Source: Phycisphaerales bacterium
GTDB lineage: Bacteria > Planctomycetota > Phycisphaerae > Phycisphaerales > UBA1924
Assembly (NCBI GenBank): GCA_965227775.1
Contig: OZ245777.1
Coordinates: 3,262,142-3,326,141, forward strand
DNA length: 64,000 nucleotides
Direction: 5' to 3'
The position numbers and the translations under genes are program-made. Under the pieces are notes generated by a model, which ran no database searches, was not told where the DNA came from, and saw only the letters and a list, made by a program, of their open reading frames with translations. Below are positions 58,377 to 64,000 of the stretch, one piece after another; position 1 is the stretch's first letter, and every line of letters starts with the position of its first letter.

Positions 58377-59357
58377 CTACAGCCCAAAGACCTCGCCACG
58401 CTCGGCCACCCGGAAGCCCCGCCGCTCGATTTCCTTGCGGGCCTTGGTGCCATCCCACTGTGCCGGATTCGTGTGGTTCAGGTGGAGAAATCGCACCCGC
58501 TCGCGACACTCGAAGGGCAGCGCCTCGAGACGATCCATCGACTCGGTGATGCGCGGGTGCGGAAAGGTGCTCATGTCGCGTCCGGGAATCTCGTTGTTGT
58601 CGTAGAACGTCCCATCGAGATACGCCCGGTCGACGTCGCGAACGATCTCGAGCACATCGACGCCCATATCCGCCCACTCGTCCCATGAATCGATGTCGGG
58701 CAGGAACACCACCGAGCGGTTCGGACCGTCGATGCGGAACCCCACGACCTCGCTGTACTCCTGCCGATGCGGCACGAGGAACGCCGTCACGGTCACGCCG
58801 CTTCCGAGCTCCACAGGCGCCGCAACGCCGAGCGCGCGCAGCTCGATGTTCTCGTACCGCACGAGCTGGTCCCAAGGCCCGTTGGTCGAGAGAAACTCCG
58901 CCATCTTGGGAGCCACGTACGTCGGCACGCCCGACGCCCCCATCGATTCGTGCCCAAGGAACATGAGCCCCGTGTAGTGCCCGATGTGCGCATGCGTGAT
59001 GAAGATCCCGTCGAGTTGGATCGGCGACTGAGCCTCGGGCTCGGCCCGGCTGAGCATCCAGGCCTGCTCGCGAAAGTCCGGCGTCGCCTCGACGAGCCAC
59101 CGCTCCCCGCTCGAGGGATCGACGATGCCCACCGACGACGCCAGCCTCCGCTTCGCGGGATCGAGCCTAGCGGGGTGGTCCGCCGGCGAATTCACCTGTG
59201 GCGAGCCCGCGTCCTGGGCCGTCCCGAGGACGATGAGGTAGGGTCCCTCGACCGCCGCGGGGCTCGACGGGTGCCCGGTTGCGCATCCCCCAGCACCCAC
59301 AGCGAGCACCGCAACGCAGGCCAAGGCCCAACTCAGAAGAACCAACCCCATCCACAT
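58377..59357 (-). CDS. Secreted MBL-fold metallohydrolase, PqqB-like
   Basis: LGTAQDAGSPQ, THAHIGHYTGL, PHRQEYSE, LDGTFY, HLNHTNP. Confidence 0.85.
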   Translation of the reverse strand: MWMGLVLLSWALACVAVLAVGAGGCATGHPSSPAAVEGPYLIVLGTAQDAGSPQVNSPADHPARLDPAKRRLASSVGIVDPSSGERWLVEATPDFREQAWMLSRAEPEAQSPIQLDGIFITHAHIGHYTGLMFLGHESMGASGVPTYVAPKMAEFLSTNGPWDQLVRYENIELRALGVAAPVELGSGVTVTAFLVPHRQEYSEVVGFRIDGPNRSVVFLPDIDSWDEWADMGVDVLEIVRDVDRAYLDGTFYDNNEIPGRDMSTFPHPRITESMDRLEALPFECRERVRFLHLNHTNPAQWDGTKARKEIERRGFRVAERGEVFGL

Positions 59358-59442
59358 CGCACGACCTCCCCACAAGCCAACAACCGCCCATTACCAGCCG
59401 CGTTCCACGGCCCGCCCTACCGTCGATATGGTAATCACTCCA

Positions 59443-59515
59443 GGCCCCGTAGCTCAGCGGTTAGAGCACGCGACTCATAATCGCTTGGTCCCCGGTTCGA
59501 ATCCGGGCGGGGCTA
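59443..59515 (+). tRNA. tRNA with CAT anticodon, most likely tRNA-Ile2 (lysidine)
   Basis: GGCCCCGTAGCTCAGCGGTTAGAGCACGCGACTCATAATCGCTTGGTCCCCGGTTCGAATCCGGGCGGGGCTA; acceptor stem and anticodon arm resemble Ile2 rather than fMet/eMet. Confidence 0.9.
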
Positions 59516-59719
59516 TTTTCTGATCCGGCACGGCGGAGCTGGATTCGGGATTACTCTTCGATTTGTCCTTGGCAGCGAGGTTCTACGGAGCCTGCTTGCG
59601 GTCTGTACTGGATACTGTCGCAGTGTGCTACGCCACATGTGCATCGGACTGAGCACCACTTTCGATGGCTGCAGCAGACTCGAAGTGTGCGCCCCAACCC
59701 GCAGGCAGTGCGCAGTGCG

Positions 59720-60081
59720 TCATGGTGACTTCGAGCGAGTGCCCAAGCCTTGATACAACTGCATCAAACAGAATTCGCTCAGACCAGACGCTCTCACAGT
59801 TGGCTCACAGATCGTTCCATCGCCGATTCTGGAGAGTCCGCTGTCGGCGTCTTCCTCCGTATGCTCGAATAGGACCATCAAAAGTTGACAGAGTGCAGGG
59901 TCAATCGGTATCACAAACAACCCCCGCCGTTGTGATTCTCGATCTCGGAGCCATGCAAAGTAATGCGATGCCTCTCCCAGTTAACATCACCCCAACGCAG
60001 CAGTGAGGCTTGACTCAGACTTCTGAGTCCCGCACACCTCGCGAGTGCGAAGTCAGCGCGCCACTCGACGAAGGTCGCCGA
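59720..60081 (-). pseudogene. Frameshifted tyrosine integrase remnant
   Basis: Manual translation EWRADFALARCAGLRSLSQASLLRWGDVNWERHRITLH..ENHNGGGCL*, then in a shifted frame VIPIDPALCQLL..VRASGL..LYQGL; matches the integrase box I GLR..L.W.DV pattern. Confidence 0.7.
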
Positions 60082-60573
60082 TCCGGACTCGACTCACCGA
60101 CGGCCTCAGGATCGCCGAGCGGCCTTCAATCGATTCACGCCCTGCGAACTAGTTGGCCACAAATCTAGCGAGCCAGATGGCCTCGGTTGTACATCGTTGC
60201 GTTGGCGACAGACTGCTGGACGAGGCAGCAACTCGTAGTCGGCCTCGCCATAGGTACCATCGCCGTTTCTGTCACTCGCGACTCACTGGTTGGCGTTTCT
60301 GAAGTGCCAGGCCGCCGGCCAGCGATTCGAGTTCGTTCATATCGTACATGCCGCTCCCTAATACTGTCGTCTTCCCGGTTGACATCTCTCACCGCACAGC
60401 GTCAAGCAATAGTAGAGCCGTCCCGATAGCCACGGATCTAAGACAGCAAGAGACCACATTCATACACCTCGAAAGAACGACAGAAATGCCACAACTCCGA
60501 TGTAACCGCTGACAGCCAACAAACAGTATCGAACTTCTAATGAAAATGCAATGCTATTGCCACAACATACATG

Positions 60574-60915
60574 TCACGGCACGCCACACTCATGCAAAAC
60601 ATCTCCTTCGTCATCATGTATAGACATTCGTGCGACTTTCTTTTGTGGATCAAGCCAACAAGCCACCACCGGTGTCCCATCTTCTTGTACACAGGCGACA
60701 GAACACACTTCACCGTCAAGTGCCAAGGTCGCGCGATAGCCACTGTCGCTGCTATGCTTGACCCTTATGAACCCACGCCCATCTTGAACATCAATAACCA
60801 AGCATGAGCCATCCTTGTGTTCAAGAATGAAACAGGGATATCCGCCTCTTGCACTCAAAGTGATTCGCGGTGTACCCGTCTCGTCTTTAATGACAATACC
60901 ACCTTCAACGTTCAC
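60574..60915 (-). CDS. Putative immunity protein of the RHS toxin
   Basis: 113 aa, GTG start 22 nt after the RHS stop with AAGGGAGAGG SD; same low-GC composition as the RHS tip. Confidence 0.6.
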   Translation of the reverse strand: MNVEGGIVIKDETGTPRITLSARGGYPCFILEHKDGSCLVIDVQDGRGFIRVKHSSDSGYRATLALDGEVCSVACVQEDGTPVVACWLDPQKKVARMSIHDDEGDVLHECGVP

Positions 60916-60937
60916 AGTACTTTGCCCTCTCCCTTAG

Positions 60938-63900
60938 CTAAGGCCTGATGCAACGATGCTTAGTCGACGGACCTGACTCGCAGGGGCCGCTCGCCGAGTG
61001 CACTCGCTTGTTCTTGGGAATGCCACTGTCGCTTACAAGGCATCCGCCGGAACAACTGCAACGAAAGAGACACCAACCTTCTCTGGTAAGATACTCATCG
61101 ATAGTGCATACAATCGGGGGGCACTTCTTCTTTTCCTTGTTCTTGTTCTTTTGTTTTGAAGGAGTGCTTCGCCTCGGAGACGAGCCTCCGATTCTAGCAC
61201 CCTTTCTACAACCTCTGTCAAGGATGGTTTGCACCGACTCAATAGGAACTCCCAACAATTCGGCGATGAGACACTGTGCGGCACCAATGCCGGCAAGAAA
61301 ACACACTTTTTGCCTAAGACTACGAGCACCAGATGCCGCCAGTTTTAGTAATAGGGCTTCCTTTTGCGCCTTGCATGGACTGGAGCCATCAACAGCTACT
61401 GAGCAATCACACTCACTGCTGGGACCGACACATGGACCACCCACAGGACACACTTGCCCTTCGACAACGCTGTTAATTGATCCCATCGAATCTGACTCGG
61501 TGATCGGCGATGACATCACATACTCATACAGATTCGCGCCATCGACAAATCCCGCGGGATCCCTCTGGAGCCATCGTCCCAAATCCGTCTTGAACACGCG
61601 ATACCGCACGTGACTTACCGTCGGCACGTAGTCGTCCTGCGCGTACCCCGCATAGCCGATGGTCGAGCCATCCCGTGACAGGACGTCTCGTCCCATGGTG
61701 GCGTTCGTGGTGAAACTGGCGTCGGTCGTATCGACGTCGCCGTCCAAGTCGATGTCGACGTAGGCGTCATAACCGCTCCAGCTGCCGATGGCCGTGTCGT
61801 CCGTCGCGTCGTAGTCGCCGTCGAAGGCGCTGCCCGCGCCGCCCGTGTCGCCGGCGACCATGCCGAAGACTCGGCCGTACGGGCTGAAGAAGGCGCGCTC
61901 ACGCTGCACGGCCGCTTCGTCGATAATCGCGACGGGGTCTTGCCGCCAGTTCTGAAGCACGTACCACCGTTCGTCCTCGGTCTGAGGGCTGCCCGTGGTG
62001 AGGAAGGTCCGGCGCATGACCACCGAGTCTACGTCGCTGGCGCCCCCGTAGCCGTCCAGGCCGGCCTGGTGGTAGAGCGTCTCCTCGAGGTAGTCGGTCC
62101 CGTCGTGGCGGCTGATGAGCCTCCATCGATCGTCGTAAATGAGGTGTTCGGTATCGGTCCCATCGGACTCGGTGATCCGGTGGCCCAGCCCGTTGTAGCG
62201 GTACTCGGTGACCACCGTGCTCGTATTCCGCACGAGGATGGTCGTGAGCCTGTTCCATGCGTCGTACTCGTAGTCGTAGTCGCCACCGTCATCGATCAAG
62301 TTGCCGTTGTCGTCGTAGTCGGGGTCGAGGTCCCCGCTTCCGCCGGTTGTGATGTTGCGATAGGTCCACTCGTTGGCGTTGGTGAAGTGCGTGCCCAGGT
62401 CGGGCGCCGTGTTGTCCTCGACGAAGTCCGAGCCGCCGGTCCCGTCCAGGTCGTAGTCACGCGTCGCCCAGTTGCCCATGGCCGTCAGCGACCAGTTGCG
62501 ATCCTCGCGGGTCGTTCCGATGCTCGAGCCGTTCCAGTTGCCACGCTCCTCGCCCAGCACCCGACCCAGCGCATCGAGCGTGTACGCGCGATCAAAGTAG
62601 TGCGTACCACCAGCGTCGGCCATCACGTTGTCGATGGTCCGCTCAATGTCGCCGCGTTCGTTCAACACGACGTCCACGTCGTAGAAGTCGATATCGCCGC
62701 CGGTCGCCGGATCGTCCTTCGTCCACGTCCACGTCGTCGGACGGTTGAATCGGTCGAGCTGCGCGTCGTAATCGCCGGTGGAATCGAAACGGTTGCTATA
62801 CACATCCGGCTCGGGTAAGCCGGTCCCCACCAGGCCGCTCGTGCCCAGATAGTCGTAGGTTGCCACGGTCACGGAGTTCAGGCCATTGACGAGCTTCACA
62901 TCGCTCACGCGGACGAGTGTGCTGTCGAGCCCGCTCGCCGGGATGGTGTAGCTGGCCTTGTACCCCGTGGGGAAGGTCATCGAGGACCGCCGGATCGTCT
63001 TGCGGCCATCCGTGGGGACCGCCTTGGCGTAGGCGAACGCCACGTCGTGGGCGTTGCCGCTGATCACCGAGTCGTGGTCCTGCTGGATCTTCGTCGTGTT
63101 CCCCCAGTCGTCGTAGGTGTACTTGACCTGATCGGTCTCGTTGGTCGAGCCCCCGGTCGAGACGTCGTACTGGGTCACCGTCTCCAGGAGCCCGCGATCG
63201 AGGTACGCGTGCTCCACGCGCCGCACGTCGCCGTTGAAGCCTGAGGCCAGCGTCGTCACCGACGCGCTGGTCGCCCGGCCAAGCACGTCGTAGGCCGTCT
63301 CGATCACGTTGCCGGCCTGGTCCTCGCGGCGCACCACCTGGCCCACGGCGTTGTAGCTGAACGACACCACGTCGGCGTCGCTCGAGTCGATGTCCGAGCC
63401 CTCGTCGGCCGTGTTGGTCGAGTCGGGATAGACCACCGCTCGCAGCAGCCGGCCCGAAGCGATCTCGCTCTTGCCGCTGCTCACCGTTCCCTTGGCCACG
63501 CCATACACCCAGCGGGTGATCTGGTCGTCGGCCGTGCTCGGGTTCGCCGCCACGTCCTTGGTGCCGTCGGCGTCCTGGTCGACGATCATCCGGATGCGGA
63601 GCCCGTTCTCGTACTCGTACCAGGTGTACAGGTCGTCCGCCCCGGTCGTCGAGCTGGGCAAGGCGTTGACGAAGTTGCGGATCACCGAGGTCTGCCGTCC
63701 CAGGTCGTCGTAGACGAAGACCGTCGCGATGTTCTCCGCATCCGTGCTCGTCGAGACCTCACCGTCGGCGTTGTACACCGTGTCGGACACGATCACCGTC
63801 GAAGAGCCCTGGTTCGGAGTGCTCAGGCCATCGCGGTCGAACGTCGAGCCGCCGTTGGTCCCGTACATGGCGCTCGTCACCGGCCGGTCCAGCACGTCGT

Positions 63901-64000
63901 ACCACGTCGCGCTGATCTGGATCCGACCCGTGATGTTCGCCGCGGTGAAGGCCAGCAGGTCGCCGTCCGCCCCGCTGTCCAGGGCACCGGTCGTGCTCGT
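60938..64000 (-). CDS. RHS/YD-repeat protein with Cys-rich C-terminal domain (5' end beyond the window)
   Basis: YD repeats (YDDLGRQT, YDAWNRL, YNGLGHRI), core end GRWLQRDPAGFVDGANLYEYVMSSPITESDSMG; frame open to position 64000. Confidence 0.93.
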   Translation of the reverse strand, partial: TSTTGALDSGADGDLLAFTAANITGRIQISATWYDVLDRPVTSAMYGTNGGSTFDRDGLSTPNQGSSTVIVSDTVYNADGEVSTSTDAENIATVFVYDDLGRQTSVIRNFVNALPSSTTGADDLYTWYEYENGLRIRMIVDQDADGTKDVAANPSTADDQITRWVYGVAKGTVSSGKSEIASGRLLRAVVYPDSTNTADEGSDIDSSDADVVSFSYNAVGQVVRREDQAGNVIETAYDVLGRATSASVTTLASGFNGDVRRVEHAYLDRGLLETVTQYDVSTGGSTNETDQVKYTYDDWGNTTKIQQDHDSVISGNAHDVAFAYAKAVPTDGRKTIRRSSMTFPTGYKASYTIPASGLDSTLVRVSDVKLVNGLNSVTVATYDYLGTSGLVGTGLPEPDVYSNRFDSTGDYDAQLDRFNRPTTWTWTKDDPATGGDIDFYDVDVVLNERGDIERTIDNVMADAGGTHYFDRAYTLDALGRVLGEERGNWNGSSIGTTREDRNWSLTAMGNWATRDYDLDGTGGSDFVEDNTAPDLGTHFTNANEWTYRNITTGGSGDLDPDYDDNGNLIDDGGDYDYEYDAWNRLTTILVRNTSTVVTEYRYNGLGHRITESDGTDTEHLIYDDRWRLISRHDGTDYLEETLYHQAGLDGYGGASDVDSVVMRRTFLTTGSPQTEDERWYVLQNWRQDPVAIIDEAAVQRERAFFSPYGRVFGMVAGDTGGAGSAFDGDYDATDDTAIGSWSGYDAYVDIDLDGDVDTTDASFTTNATMGRDVLSRDGSTIGYAGYAQDDYVPTVSHVRYRVFKTDLGRWLQRDPAGFVDGANLYEYVMSSPITESDSMGSINSVVEGQVCPVGGPCVGPSSECDCSVAVDGSSPCKAQKEALLLKLAASGARSLRQKVCFLAGIGAAQCLIAELLGVPIESVQTILDRGCRKGARIGGSSPRRSTPSKQKNKNKEKKKCPPIVCTIDEYLTREGWCLFRCSCSGGCLVSDSGIPKNKRVHSASGPCESGPSTKHRCIRP

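Larger units (their letters stand above)
59516..64000. mobile_element. tRNA-anchored genomic island (decayed integrase + RHS locus); far boundary not visible
   Basis: Drop in GC right after the tRNA 3' end, integrase remnant, RHS cargo. Confidence 0.6.

Noticed and set aside
59443..59515. Calling the CAT tRNA initiator or elongator Met
   Set aside because: Lacks the three consecutive G-C anticodon-stem pairs and the C1 mismatch of fMet; sequence resembles tRNA-Ile2
60225..60285. Minus-strand peptide SDRNGDGTYGEADY as an orphan RHS/dockerin fragment
   Set aside because: Short, preceded by a stop, with no other RHS-core motifs; could be chance
1..64000. CRISPR array, rRNA, intact IS/transposase or reverse transcriptase
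   Set aside because: No regularly spaced repeats, rRNA-like stretch, transposase or RT motifs seen

Overview
GC-rich bacterial DNA, most likely Planctomycetota (Phycisphaerales-like). This is inferred from the PVC-superphylum small basic signature protein, two proteins ending in a GC-type dockerin-like module and a PEP-CTERM-like protein. Layout: (1) 1-2.2 kb: a truncated surface protein, a DCC oxidoreductase and tRNA-Thr. (2) 2.2-16.2 kb: a flagellar cluster flgF-G-A-H-I-J-N-K-L-fliW-csrA-fliC-fliC, with two near-identical sigma54-like sites and CsrA-type GGA hairpins in both flagellin leaders. (3) 16-59 kb: mostly housekeeping genes (xerD, mqnC, recG, pyrF, a lone nuoI, acs, gap, hbd, recX-like, asnB-like, mscS, yggS), plus an ergothioneine locus (betaine-type ABC transporter with egtB-egtD), a MoxR/peptidase/PP2C group and a multi-PAS hybrid kinase. 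(4) From 59.5 kb: an island at tRNA-Ile2(CAT) with a frameshifted tyrosine-integrase remnant that the ORF track does not reveal. It also carries an RHS protein (running off the window) with a Ca-binding/dockerin-like insertion in its core, an AT-richer 16-Cys C-terminal domain and a candidate immunity gene. Two further signals: ten gene starts with a TAnnnT box 5-7 nt upstream, suggesting leaderless mRNAs, and an asnB-like gene whose centre has different codon usage from its ends. All calls come from reading motifs by eye; no database searches were run.
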